NCBI GenBank assembly: GCA_053919585.1
Contig: CM132804.1
From: Euprymna scolopes
Lineage: Eukaryota
Length of the DNA stretch: 64,000 nt
Direction: 5' to 3' (one strand)
How positions within the stretch are numbered: position 1 is the first letter of the stretch; each line of letters begins with the position of its first letter. The position numbers and the translations under genes were made by a program. The notes under the pieces are model-generated. The model worked only from the letters and a program-made list of their open reading frames with translations, was not told the DNA's origin and made no database searches. Shown piece after piece: positions 1 through 13,269 of the stretch.

Positions 1-559
1 ATTGTCCCAGGTGTTTCCACCGGTGCTGTTAACCTGATGACCTGTCTATTTTGAAAAGACGCCGGGCAAAACGGTTCGGTAGTTCTTTCATATTGTGGAA
101 AAACAGTTTGAGTGCTATTATTTTGCTGCAGTAATATCTTTGAATAACATTCACTCTCAGTAAATAATGTTCAAATACTCGGAAAAATAGAGTTGTAACT
201 GGTACCTGTTCTGGTGTAGCTGAAGTTTTCATATCTAGTGAAAAATCGTCTGCAGGCTCATAGACATTTACGACTGGGTCCGTTGGCGAGAATCTCATCA
301 CTTTAGGACTAGCGATAGAGTACCCTGCCTGCTTTTGGTTTCTTGGTTTAAGGTCAAACGTTGTTTATGTTAGGGAAGAGCTACTTTTGTTCAGTCTACA
401 ACGATATCGGTTTGTTTGCACCTTTTGTTTGTTTGTTTTTTGTGGTCTAGAACAAGAAAAGTTTAATTTATTTAAAAATAAATTAATTAATTGGCCATCT
501 ATTGTACTTTATATTTTTGTTTTGCAAAAATTATTGATTGGCTAATTCTATCATTTAAA

Positions 560-1500
560 TTCATAAATCCAGTCCGAGCTCAGTAAGTTAGTGGGATTCC
601 TTAAAACATAATTTGTTCGTATTCCCCAACAATGTGACGTTCACTACAAATTCACCTTCAAAGTTAATTTGCGTACTGTTAGCGACCCTTGCTGTTTTGC
701 ACGTTCTCAACATTGTGAGTTTATTCAATTTCTTCCAGATATTCAAATTTACTATCGGAAGGTTTGAACCCGAATCTAGTTGCATTTATATTTCTTTATC
801 ATGAATTTTTATAGTCACATATTTTCTCCACCCTTCTTCGTTATTTTCCGTCTCTACCAAACACAGTCGAGTTTTGTATTTAATTTTATTTCGGCAATGA
901 GTACCGTTGTGTTCTATTTTTTTTTTTTTTTTTTTTTTTTTATATATTAAATATTTTCTTGATAAATATAGACAGTGCTTAATTCAATGTAAATTAGAAC
1001 AGAGATCACATGGAGACGGAATTTTTCTTTTTTCAAATTTTTTCTTAGACATCTTTTTTCTATCTGCAGAACTCCAGCTTCGATATCCATTGAATTTTGT
1101 AAAATAATTTCTATTTCTGGTAATCTTCCATTGACTTTTGTAGGGTTAGGTTTGGTTCATTTTCTAATTTTATTAGGACACGCCTCCTAATTTCTGCATC
1201 TCGACCAGACGTCAGTCCTTGTGCAAATATTAAACATTTAAAATTGTCTGTACTGAGGTCTGCAAGTTTGAATTCGTCGCAATGTTTATTTACCATGACT
1301 GTATTATGTTGAGAAATCATTTTCGTCATTCTTCTGCAAATTTCAGATATGACCAACGCTTATGGAATAAAGACAATTTCGGGCTAAATAGTTCTGTAAG
1401 AAGTTTCACCGTTTCGGCGACACTCTGAATTTGAAATAATTCTTTTCTGCTATTCCAGGTTGTTTAGAAGTAAAATCGCATTTCTATTCCAGCATAGCTT
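560..1500 (-). mobile_element. Degenerate Ty3/Gypsy LTR retrotransposon gag-protease remnant
   Basis: ORF 1111-1356 resembles Gypsy gag (FKCLIFAQGLTSGRDAEIRRRVLIKLE). A Zn-knuckle relic (PCDLCSNLH*IKHC) lies near 1000, and the aspartic protease motif LDSG is in ORF 588-785. Stops and frameshifts throughout. Confidence 0.7.
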
Positions 1501-1719
1501 GTACGTCTCTAACAAATCCAAATTTTCTTTCACGACAAAGAGTCATAATTATAAACTGGCAAAGATAAACATAAGAAAAGAAATCAATCATTAATAATTT
1601 CATTCATCTGTTTATTTCTAGTTTATGAAAAAATGAAAATGATTGCTCATTATTATGAAATCGATCATTATTTGTTTATTCATTAAATTAACTTTGTTTT
1701 TTTACTATTAAAGTCACCA

Positions 1720-2135
1720 TTTGCTCGTGCATGGAGCATTGTTGTCATCTCTGAGCTGGTGCATCTACCACTAGTCTTTCACTATTAGACAAGGTACAAA
1801 AACGAGCCTCAAATCTGATAGGCGCCACACTATCGGTCAAGTTTCAACCTCTGTCCCATCGCCGAAATGTTGCATCTCTATTTTGCAAGAACTTTCATGC
1901 AATGTGCTCTGATAAACTCATAGCACCTGTGCCCTTTAACGTCCATACTCTCAATTAACTCGACAATCAGCAAAATCCTAACCTTCACTCTTGATATCCC
2001 TAGATACCGGAAAGCCTTTTAATCTAATAGTTTCTTCACTCGGACTGCAAGACTTTGGAATTCCCTCCCTGTTTTCTGCTTCCTTAACTGTATTAACCTG
2101 CAGACGTTTAAATGTAATGTAAACAGACTCCCCAT
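1720..2135 (+). mobile_element. Decayed 3' fragment of CR1/Jockey-group LINE
   Basis: Similar to the LQPLSHRR..ASL and RTARLWNSLP..FP...NL..FK.NVN C-terminus of the LINE at 6433-8800. Confidence 0.7.
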
Positions 2136-2546
2136 GGTCCCCTGTTATACACAATCCGAATAGTAAATAAAAAATCGATAATCATACAACATACTTAGAT
2201 TCAATAAATAATAGGGGTCTGTCAGGTTATTTATTCAATTGAAATCTCTAAAACCTTTTTTTTTCATGGAAATTTCTCTAGAAAAAGCAGGAAATCACTT
2301 GATGTTAGTAACTTTAAAGAAAAATCACTGCAAGCTAATAAGTTTGCAGATAAATTCCCACCCAGAAAACAGCAATTCTTCCCTTTGGTAGAAACATTGC
2401 TTATGAAACGTGAGGACTAAAGAGCAAAGTAAGGGAAACGAGAATTATGATACTGGCGTAAGAAGACCTAAGGTTCACCGTCTACTCTCCTTTAATAATG
2501 AGGATGATGATGATAATGATGATGGTGGTGGTGGTGGTGGTGGTGG

Positions 2547-2577
<31 letters not shown>

Positions 2578-3544
2578 CGCTTATGAATTTCATCTCATCC
2601 TTTTTAATTATATTTACATTTTTCTTTTATCTTTCTGCATGTTTAAAATTATAAATTCAGTTGAATTTAATTTCTATTTCTTTTAATAATTCTATTTTAT
2701 TTTTATTCATGTGATATCTTCAATTATCAAAATGACTTTTGCATTTAATTGCTTTTGGGCATATTTTATAACTTGTTGTTATCAAATGTATTTATTTTAA
2801 TTATTTATACACCTACTTTTTTTTTCTTTCATCATGTATTTAAGTATTTTTCTCCCAAGGGAGCAAATGCCATTAACAGCAATCCTCTATCAAACATGAT
2901 TCTGGGATTTCTTTTCTGCTCACATCTAGTTATTTCCTCGTTCTCTTTGCTCATTTTTTTTTATTACCATGCCTACTGGTGTTTCTGACCATCTTTACGT
3001 CTTCTTCTATAAATTCCATGCTTGCTAGTTATTTCTGAACACAGATTCCCAGCAGACATAATTCTTTTTGCTTGACAACAGAATCGAATTCGCTTTTACT
3101 TTATTATGTAATTCCTTGCCAACTTAGTTCCACAATCGATTTTGAACTGTGTTTTATAAAAGAGAATTGGACCACTTGGTGAAAATTTCTCAACTGATGC
3201 GAATCTGTTTTTTTGTTTTTTAATATTCGATCACTATTTATAAAAGCCAATGGCCACTCGAGCATATGGGTTAATTGATTGTTTGAAGTACTGTTCTCAT
3301 CTTGGATGTTTGTTATTCTCACAAACTAATTTTTTGCAATTTAAAAAAGAAAAATAACTTACGAGGTATGATTCCAAAAATTGGAGGGTTGTTATATTTA
3401 TAGACACGAGTGATAATCAAACGAAGTCGCCCTCTGCTAGCAACTAATTAGAAACCGGAATCACTCTATAAAATATACCGAATCTTTTATAATTCCCACA
3501 CATACTTTTTTTTGTCTTCACACAAGAAAAAATTCTATTCTTTA

Positions 3545-3945
3545 TCTTAGGAAATTAATTTTATTTACTGCGGACTATTATCCTCATCTTTTAATTGCTG
3601 TTTTATGTTTTGGCCTACTATTCCTGTGGCTTTCGTCATGTGGTAACCGCAAGGGGATAGGAACTCTGAATGTGCTAACTGCATTCACAGCAGTTTTAAT
3701 CCTTCCCAAAGCCGGTCAGAGGCTTACTTAGCCAAAACGTGGTGAGACAACAACAGCTACAGAAGGTAGTAATTGCTGTGAATGCAGTTAAGAGATTCGG
3801 AGTTCCTATCTGTCGCGGTTACCACCTGACGAAGGCCAGAGGAAAAGTTGGCTGAAACGTTGTGAAACAACAACTAAAAGAAGATGAGAATAATAGTCTG
3901 CAGTAAATAAAATGAATAAATAATCCTCATCTCAATAATGAATTC
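3545..3945 (+). mobile_element. Family A tRNA/hammerhead element: 5'-truncated copy with inverted partner
   Basis: About 3560-3695 is the reverse complement of about 3770-3915. B-box remnant gttttaatcc near 3693. HHR core CTGACGA at 3826, then A-GGCCA..TTGGCT, GAAAC, GTT. Homologous to 18640-19270. Confidence 0.75.
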
Positions 3946-4540
3946 CAATTAAATAATATATATTTGTCTTAGGACTTCTATGGATTGGCTACCCACCAGA
4001 AACTTTATTCTTTGTCTCAGGACGTCTAATGATTTCGTTAGCCATTGGAACCTCTACTCTTCGTCCCAGGACTTCTAAGGATTGGCTATCCACCAAAACC
4101 TCTTCTAAAACAAAAACAAAAAATGGCTTACAGCTCAAAAGATTCGACCAATGTAACCTCTGAGATTTTTCAGGCACATGTGGTTGAAATGGTAATCTGT
4201 AAAAAGATTTGCCCTAAACCCTTCATTTATTTTATTATACAAATAACATCCCAGATGAGAACAGTATGATCAAAATAATACAAACTAGTGGGACCTGTGG
4301 ACATTCCACAATGAACTCTTTCATATGTAATAAATTTATGTTGGCATTCTGTGGATGCTCAGCATAAATGAAGACGCCTTGATATTATTGTAGCTCTTTT
4401 GTTAAAACTACAAAAGTATTTAGCAAAGTTAGCAGAGACGCTAGACGTAGCACGGTTATAAAATAGGCAAAAATATATTTTAATTCATGTAGATTTTGTG
4501 TATATTATTATAGAGTCAATTTTCTATCTATTCTTATGAA

Positions 4541-4621
<81 letters not shown>

Positions 4622-5489
4622 TGAGTTCTTTCAGCTATAATCAAAACCACACTTATTAAGAATTCTTGGTAAAATTATTCATTACAAGAAATGGAGGGTC
4701 ATAACAATTAAACGAAAATCACTCAGAAGAAAAAAGATATAAGCGTGACACACAAAATAACACTCACTATCGTATTAATATATAGAAGATATCCATCTTC
4801 ATTTCAAAAATCTTCCTTTGATGTGATAAGAGTTATCTCCCCCTGATAATTGATAGAGAATATGGTTTATAATCGTAGGTAATCAAGCGTTTCCATCGCA
4901 AATGAGCCACTTGCTTAGGGATAACATTGTTTCTTTCTTTACTTTTGTTCGCCCAAAACAAACATACTGCCACTAAAGTGTGAGGGGCTACTGTGATATG
5001 GGGTTTGATTTATATGGGAAACAAGGTTGGGAGTAAGTATGGCTGAGGAAATAAGGAGCAAGGGTGGGATTTTCAAAGTCAAACAGCCAGAGAAAGGAAG
5101 CAATTCGAGGATAAAAACTTCCGGCTTTTAGGGAGCTCTAGATTGGATGTGTAAGATTTTATTGCTTGTAGCATGGGTCGGGCGTATCTATGTTCAGGGG
5201 GGAGGATACAAGTGAAGTAAGTTTATTGAAGCACATTACGTAGAAACACTTGTGGAACAAGCAAAGGAACGCAGTGTTTTAATCGATATATGATGAATAA
5301 CATGGTTATATAATGTTGATATATTATAATATTAAACTTATGTAGATGTTTTGTGGATTTTTTAAGCGATAATACGTTTAATTAGCGTCTTCACATTGAA
5401 GACATTTTTCTTAGAAAATCGCTCATATTTTGGGACAAAAACAAATATTTATTTATTATTTTTATTTTACTCATAAAACAGTAATTTAC

Positions 5490-5575
5490 AACCATTCATG
5501 TTTCGAGGTCCTACCTCTCTTCCACGTACCTTGACTGTTTCTAGGAATCGAACCTCTGACTATATGTATTACGGT
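5490..5575 (-). mobile_element. Decayed tRNA-B-box + hammerhead-like element
   Basis: The minus strand reads GGTTCGATTCC, about 20 nt, then GTGGAAGA-GAGG TAGGA CCTC-GAAAC-ATG. Stem II and GAAAC are kept, but the core and cleavage site are mutated. Confidence 0.4.
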
Positions 5576-6432
5576 TTTATAAGTAAAATAAAAATAATAA
5601 ATAAATAATATTAAAGATATATAGAAGTTAAAGCATGAAATCTTTTTTTTTCAAAATTACTGTATTCGACATTGAATAACATGAAAACGGTTGATATGCC
5701 ATAAAACCAAACCTTAAAATATATTACATGCCTAATATAATACACAAACACTGTACAACATATCTTTTTCATTTCCCTTTCACCATAGCACATTTGAATA
5801 ACTGGTTGAAGGAAACAATATTTATTTGCAAATTTTTCGAAATGTTAAGTAAAATCTATCTTTTTTCTATATTATATTTCTCTTAGTCTGTCCATTACAC
5901 GTTTATCAGAAGCTACTGAGCCGATAAGATCTTAAGTTTTGTATGGATTTCATCATGATACTGTGCAGCGAACTAAGTATTATAGTATCTGTATCTTTAA
6001 AGATTAATATGGATTATTATTTAAGTTCCACTTTTTCTCGGAAACTACTCGGCCTATCTGGCTAAAAATTTTGTATGAATCTTTGTTATGATTAGATACA
6101 GCAAATTAAGTTGTATAGTATCCGTTCGCGGAACAGTTTGGGATTAACAGAGATTAGTATTCAATACAAAAATGTGTAGAAATTTAACCATAGTCAACCA
6201 TTATTTTGGCATAAAGCATTCATTCTACGTTAACAGTCTATAATTTTCGCCGGGGTTTTTTTTACAAAAAAAAAAAAAAAAATACAAAAATAAAAACGCA
6301 TAATAAGTTAAATATTATTATATCTAGATTAAAATACTTACTATTAATGGAGATTTGGTATCTGTATGTCTGAAATCGAAAGTATACTGTTATATTTACA
6401 TCGAAACAATATTATTACTTCTATACTTGAAA

Positions 6433-8800
6433 TTTTTTTTTTTTTTTACACAGTGATCACTACTTATCAAGGCCCGGAAGCCACTCAGGGATAAGGGTTA
6501 TTGCAAGTACATTATGTTAGTGTGGAGATTGGATGAAGTGTTTAAGGGGGCGGTTAATTAGGAATTTGTTAACGTTGGACTTGCACACATCCAAGTTGTA
6601 GTCGGGTGGGAAGCAGGCAGACGGAACAGAGTTCCACAGGCGTGCAGTTCTAAGAAAGAAGCTTTGTTCATGGAATCCGCGTTTTGATTTAGGCATAGAT
6701 ATAGAGTGGGGGGAATTTTTCACAGTGGATTCAGCTAGACGGGTGTTTTTCGTGAAAGATTGGCGAGGGGTGACCGGAGATTGAAGTTCAGACGAGCACC
6801 TGCCATGAAAATAGCGATAAAACAAGGATAGGCTCGCAACGTCTCTTCTGTGGGAGAGAGGTTGCAGAGTAGAGAAAAGGGCATCCCCCACTAAGCCACG
6901 AAGTCTATTTAGTACTCTGTCAAGGCAGGATAGGCTGTTTTTAGCAGCTCCTGCCCAGATATGGCAACAGTATTCCATACTTGGACGTACTTGGCTTTTA
7001 TATAGATAGAGAATTGCATCAGTAGTGAGATATCTTCTGGAGCGGTAGAAGGATCCCACCATCTTTCCAGCGACCTTGGCAACAGACTTGATGTACGTGT
7101 TCCATTTCAGATCAGGAGTAAAGGTCAAACCCAGAAGCTTGTCAAAACATGGGGCCTCACCCAGACGAGAATCATCCATCACAATTGATGCCAGATGGGG
7201 ATCAGAGCGTTGATGATGTAAGGATAGGAGTTTGGTTTTGGATGCATTAAAGGTAACCAGCCACATCTTCCCCCACTGAACCACGCGCTCGAGATCAGAG
7301 GAGAGAGAATCAGAGAGAACTTTGTCATTTACAGCCTTTGATGTGTTGCCGTAGATGGTCGTGTCATCAGCATAGATGTCAACGAATGATTTAAGTATAT
7401 GTTTAGGGAGGTCATTGATGTAGATCAGGAAGAGAGTTGGGCCTAGGATTGACCCCTAAGGGACTCCAGCATTTATATTGCAGGCCTCGGATTTTTTTCC
7501 ATCTACCACTACTCTTATGAGCCTATCGGAGAGAAATGATTTAATGATTGAGAAAACATTTCCAGTTATACCGTAGCTGGAAATCTTGTGAAGTAGACTC
7601 TTATGCCATACCTTGTCAAAGGCCTTTGATATGTCAAGAGCAATTGCCCTAGAAAGGAAGCCTTTGTCACGAGATTCACTAATTCTGTGGGATATAACCG
7701 TCAGCACATCTGCGGTAGATCTTGCAGAGCGGAAACCATATTGTGTGTCACTAAGAAGGTTATTCCTGCTGAGGTGGTTGACTATTTCTCTATTTAATAT
7801 GGATTCCAGCAACTTACTCATAACACACAGGAGACTTATTGGTCTGTACTGAGAGGGAGATGACTTATCACCTGAATTCTTAAATACAGGGCAAACTGAT
7901 GAGGTCTTCCAGGGAGTCGGAAAGCACTTCTCCTTAAGGCAGCGCTTAAATAGTTTCGTAAGTATGGGAGCAAGTTCTGGTTGAAGCTTTTTTAACACTA
8001 TAATTGGGATGCCATCAGGGCCAGTTGCTTTACTGGAATCTAGGTTCTTGATTAGCTTGGCGACCTCATGCACGGATATGTGTATGTTACCTAGCTTATT
8101 CTGTGTTATAGGAGGAAATATGGGGAGTTGATGGCCTTCGTCGCATAGGGTAGAATTAGCTGCAAAGTTCTTTGCAAATAGTTTGGCCTTGTCTGACGCT
8201 GACGAGATGACCTCTGGTCCATTGATAATGGTTGGGATAGAACGCACACTTCTGTTCAGGATCCTATTTGTTATTTGCCAAAACTGGTGGGAACCAAGCC
8301 GCTGATCAACTACCTTGGATTTAACAGACTGGGCATATAGCTCTCTTGCATTTTTTATTACTCTTTTACAGTGGTTGCTGCCAGTCCTGAAAGCAGTTTT
8401 AGTCTCAGTGCATTTATTACGTTGGTAGCTATGGAAAAAGTGATTTCTGTGCGCGATAGCAGCAGCACATTCTGGGGAGAACCATGGCTGGCTGTTAGGT
8501 TTTTGTTGGAATTTTTTAGATGGTATGAATTGGTCTATGCCTACAATTAACCATTCGGTCAGATCTGATACTATAGAGGACACTTCCTTTTTAAACATGG
8601 AGTGCAGAGGTAAATCAGATATGAATGTACGGAAGCTATCCCAGTCAGCCATAGAGTATCAGTATACAGTACGGTGGAGGGGTACGTCTGGGGACTTCTT
8701 ACATTTCGTTTTTATCTTAACTGATACGACGGAGTGGTCGGAGGATCCTAGAGGAGAATGAACGGAACATGAACATAGCTCAGGGGAAGTTGAGAGAAAA
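6433..8800 (-). mobile_element. 5'-truncated CR1/Jockey-group non-LTR retrotransposon (end of APE endonuclease + RT), ORF2 disrupted
   Basis: One reading frame carries SPLGSSDH (APE end), KATGPDGI, YRPISLL, QYGFR, LDISKAFD, GVP*GSILGP, YADD and LQPLSHRR. It is broken by two in-frame nonsense codons (about 8660 and 7456). The 3' UTR ends in poly(A), seen as the T-run at 6433-6447. Confidence 0.93.
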
Positions 8801-9919
8801 ATTGAGACTATATTATTAATTCTATGCCTATACTGTTACTATTTATTTGTCTCCCCACGAGGCCAAAGTTGGATTTGGTCGGTTTTTAATGTGGGGAAAA
8901 TCCAGCTCCCAAAAATGGGCACTCTAGATAAGAACAAAAATTTAAATTGTCTCAGTCATGAGGGTATTCTCCTCCACTGACCGAGGACAGAAAAGACAAC
9001 GTGCAATATCAGAACACTTATTAAAGGACAATACTGTTACTTTTATATCTGGAACTGAATCTTTGGAAGTGAAACTAGAGTATTACTTCCATGTCTAAAA
9101 CCGAAACTATACTACTACTTCTATATCTGAAATTGAGACTATACTTTTGCGATATTTTAATTTCGGATTTTGCGTAGCAGACTTTGCAGTATCTTCTATG
9201 TATATATTGCAAGCAATCTTAAGCCGAGGAGTTTGAATGTCATTATTTCTTTTGCTCTTTCTTAAAATTGTACTCATATGTAAAAACTTGTATATTTTAA
9301 TATCACAATTTTACTCTTTGTAATTCGTGATTTCCCAGATGACATTTAAATTCGATTTGTAACAAAAAAAAAAAGATTAAAAAATAAAAATACAGAAAAA
9401 CGAAAACATCAGAAGCATTTCTGTTTTTTGTTTTTGTTTTAATTTAAGCATGAATAATCCAAATAAGTCGTGTCTATCCTTAAAAAAAATGATTTTTAAA
9501 TTAATAACTTTCATTGGATATTTTTAAAAGAAAATGGCTTCCATTTGAAGCGAAACAATTTTTGCAAAGATTTAATATTTCCGGATCAATATGAAAACAA
9601 TTTGAAAGCTGAAAACCAATTTACATACGAATAAGGAAACATAACATTCCGATTTATTGTTTCACAATGCACAAAAATTTGAGTTCTGAAATTTACATAT
9701 GATTGAAATATTTTAATATTCAATCTTTAGCGTTTCGTAATTCACAAAGATTCGTCTTTCTCATAAAATGAGGAATTTTTTTTTTTTTTTAGCAATGATT
9801 GATTGAAATATTTGGACGCAGAAAAACAATAACGATATAATAAAATTATGAATAATTGTAGTAGTGGTAATAGTCCTAGCCGTAATGCCAAATAAGGCGG
9901 TTGGGGTAGGTTAGGGTTC

Positions 9920-10295
9920 AAATGCCCAGCCTTGTAGAATCCTCTTTGGTTAATTACTATAACGCCGACGCAGTGTTGGTGAGTAGAGGAAGACCACCTC
10001 AAGCGATCTCTGAAGAGGTCTCGAATAGATCCTTCGTCACTAGAGGAACTTGTTTCCTGCCGAAATTTCTGGCGCTCTCTCTGCTCACAGGAAGTAGACT
10101 GTATTGAGAGGCAGCGAATACAGGACCATCCAGTGAAGCATGCAAAGGCATGCTCACCAGGCCATCCCTGCTCCACCCGGCACCTCCTTCTGTGACCGTA
10201 CCTGTAAATCCAGGATTGGGCTATTTAAACATCAGCAGACTTACAAGAAGATCATCATCATTGAATAACGATGGACAAGCAACAAACAAGTAGGA
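9920..10295 (+). mobile_element. RTE-clade LINE 3' fragment
   Basis: Translates to RGRP...WRSL... and a terminal C2H2-like motif CDRTCKSRIGLFKHQQTY, typical of RTE ORF C-termini. Confidence 0.7.
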
Positions 10296-10679
10296 CGAGG
10301 AGGAGGAGGAGGAGGAGGAGGAGGGTTCAGCAGTAATAGCATCATCACCGTCGGTTTAACTTCAGTTTTACATGTTGGCATGTGCTGGACGATTTTTAGA
10401 AATTAAATTCCACACGAGCCGAAATCTGACCAGGTCTTTATTTATCCCTCTGCCTCAAAATTCAATCCTTACCACTTCATCTCATCTACTAACCCAAGAA
10501 GTTTCATTTCGTCAATTCCTTCACTGTGACTAAAGTAACGAAGTCTTCTGCTGTGCACGCACCTCTCTATTCTGTCCATTGTTTTTATTATGATCTTTTT
10601 TCTTCTTCTTCAGTTAATATGATAGCTCGTGGGGGACGGCTTTTATAAAATTACTTATATACTAACCTATTTCCGACAA

Positions 10680-10920
10680 CGCCTTTATTTAACTCTCTTT
10701 AACTCCAATGCATCTTTGTCATTTTCTCTCAAGTTTTCCTCAAATCTTTCTCTTAAATCCATCCTTATCACTTCCTTTTACGTTAGCCTTGGACTAACTC
10801 ACCCAACTAACACTGCTACCCCAATCCTTCGACATCCTCCAACCCAAACGGTCTCGACTATTCTTTAAGTGTTACTAAACCAACACAGTCTCCTGTTCAG
10901 AACACATCTGCCTGTACGCC
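10680..10920 (-). mobile_element. Decayed RTE-type LINE 3' fragment
   Basis: Relics of RL.WF.H and the following EVIRMDL region. Similar to 34540-34860. Confidence 0.45.
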
Positions 10921-10956
10921 CTAGATTTAGTCTTTTTTTATATGTGCTATTTAAAC

Positions 10957-11264
10957 CAAGGTTTTCCAAACATTTTTCGAACGGGGAGGAAGGGCATATT
11001 ACTGACCTTTTAGAACTACGGAGGACAAGAAAAAAAAATGAATAAATAAATAACCTGGACGTGTTTTATACTGTTTTGCACATTAGCTTTGCTTTTTAAT
11101 GAAACTCGTTTTCCAAAATCTCTTTCTTTTAATCATTTTATGAACAAAAAGAAAAACAAACAATTTCCTTAATATTTTTTTGTTCTCAATAAGAGCTCCA
11201 TAGACTGAATTAAATACTTTGGCAGGCCGGATCTAGCCCGCGGGCCTTAGTTTGGAGAGCCCCA
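10957..11264. mobile_element. hAT-type MITE
   Basis: Imperfect TIRs CAAGGTTTTCCAAAC / GTTTGGAGAGCCCCA, subterminal GGCCGGATCTAGCCCGCGGGCC, and a near-8-bp TSD atttaaac / atgtaaac. Confidence 0.7.
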
Positions 11265-12683
11265 ATGTAAACTAAGACTATATTTAAGGTTCACATTACA
11301 CATTCATCATATCATTATTTCCATGTAATCATTGGCCATACATTATCACACTGTGCACACGTGAGCATTAGATTCTTCTCTTCATATACAAATATCTTCA
11401 TTGCAGATCAGTCAATAATTAGTATTACGTAATATTTCTGAGATGATATAGTGCTGTTATTTATTTATCTTTTGTTTTTACAATTTAGTCACCTTTTATC
11501 AAGGCCAAGAGTCTCTCAAAGATAAGAATTAATGGGACTGAACGATTAATCAAAATGGAAAACAAAATTTCCACTCTAATAGATTCCACACTATCAATCA
11601 AGCTCCAAGACCTGTCCCATCACCTCAATATTGCATCCCTTTGCTTATTTTACAAGTATTTTAATGGAATGTGCTTTGAAAACTTTGTATCATTTGTGCT
11701 CCCTCAAGGTAAATATTTCTGCCCGACAAGAAGCAAAATCACACCTATTTATTTGTTTACAAAAAAATATGGGCGATGGTTTGGATCTAAGGGGAGACAC
11801 CATATATTGAATTTAATTATCGTTAAAATTCCACAAGAAATCGACATACATATATATATGTGAGTGTGTGTGTGTGTGTGTTTGAAATGGAATGTCTGTG
11901 GGTACATATGATGTTTGTGTATGCCTTATAGAAAGAAAAGTTAGGGAATCGACATAAGTGTATTCTTATGTCAAATTTACTGTACAAAGTCTAAATCTCT
12001 AAATGCACCCTTGGTGAGGCCGTGAGCTCATCACTCAATTAAAACTTCCAAAATATCTCATTCTTATAAAATTCATATCAAATGTATAGAATTTTACGGA
12101 AAAGACGCTGAAAGTGGTCCCAAATCTCTATGTTACCTTTTATGTGTCGAATATCTATGTGACCCTACCTCTGAGAGACGCAGAGAGACAGAAACCCTTT
12201 AAATTTTCAAATGCGCACATCCGATTTTAATAAAATTTAAATCATACCCATCAGACATAAATTATCAGAGTTTTCAAATAATGCGTCTTCTTCCGTCTCT
12301 ATTAGGAAGAGAGGGTGACGTGGGAGGGTAGTAGAAACATAAAAAGTAATAAGGTGATATGAACAGAGTGAAAAAAGTACATATCGGCGATTCCCATTTA
12401 CAAAAGTGCTCAATACCTTTGTAAAAATTATAGGGAAAATTATGTAAACATTAGGAAGAAATCATTATTGAATCTCTGACGAAATATGTTAACGTCGAAA
12501 TATTAGTCGACCTGTGTAAGTTTTTCTTAATGTTTATATAATCTTAAATNNNNNNNNNNNNNNNNNNNNNNNNNNNNNNNNNNNNNNNNNNNNNNNNNNN
12601 NNNNNNNNNNNNNNNNNNNNNNNNNNNNNNNNNNNNNNNNNNNNNNNNNNNNNNNNNNNNNNNNNNNNNNNNNNNNNNNNNNN

Positions 12684-12840
12684 AAACTGATGATCCCTTA
12701 AATTGATATTAGAACTGTTGTGAATTCGATAGAGCAAGTTCATGCAGTGATTGCAGGTGCTTATATGACTTACTTATTAAATAGTTTTCCAACGAATTTT
12801 TTTTATATAGTATTAAAGGCTAAAATCTTCCAAGACTATA
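12684..12840 (+). mobile_element. 3' end of Naiad-like PLE (second copy)
   Basis: Matches 36810-36985 (actgatgatccctt...gcagtgattgcaggtg...caagactata). Its 5' part is hidden by an N-run. Confidence 0.65.
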
Positions 12841-12914
12841 CATATCTCTCTTTCTCCCCCTCTCTCTCTATACACATACACACATATATATATATGTGTG
12901 TGTGTGTATGTATA

Positions 12915-13082
12915 TTTATATTATTAAATATTATTTTACGTGCATAAAAGTATACCTATGGACACGCATGTTTCTGGCTTTTAGCCGTCGTCAGCACATG
13001 TTAGGATCGAACTCATGACATCAGTATCCGTATTCTCATACGTTACCAATGAACCAGGATCGATCGCCACTTCAATGCACGG
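12915..13082 (-). mobile_element. Family B tRNA/hammerhead element
   Basis: The minus strand reads B box GAGTTCGATCC, then CTGACGA-C-GGCT AAA AGCC-A-GAAAC-ATGCGT-GTC-CATAGG. Homologous to both arms of 42365-42770. Confidence 0.8.
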
Positions 13083-13269
13083 NNNNNNNNNNNNNNNNNN
13101 NNNNNNNNNNNNNNNNNNNNNNNNNNNNNNNNNNNNNNNNNNNNNNNNNNNNNNNNNNNNNNNNNNNNNNNNNNNNNNNNNNNNNNNNNNNNNNNNNNNN
13201 NNNNNNNNNNNNNNNNNNNNNNAGCTCAATACGCAATAGAGAGTAGAACGTATTATAAGAGAAAGAAAA

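Noticed and set aside
29-301. 90-aa minus-strand ORF
   Set aside because: No recognisable domain or splice context.
2498-2686. Poly-M/V ORF and the many YIYIYI, SLSLSL, IIII and YYYY ORFs
   Set aside because: Translations of microsatellites.
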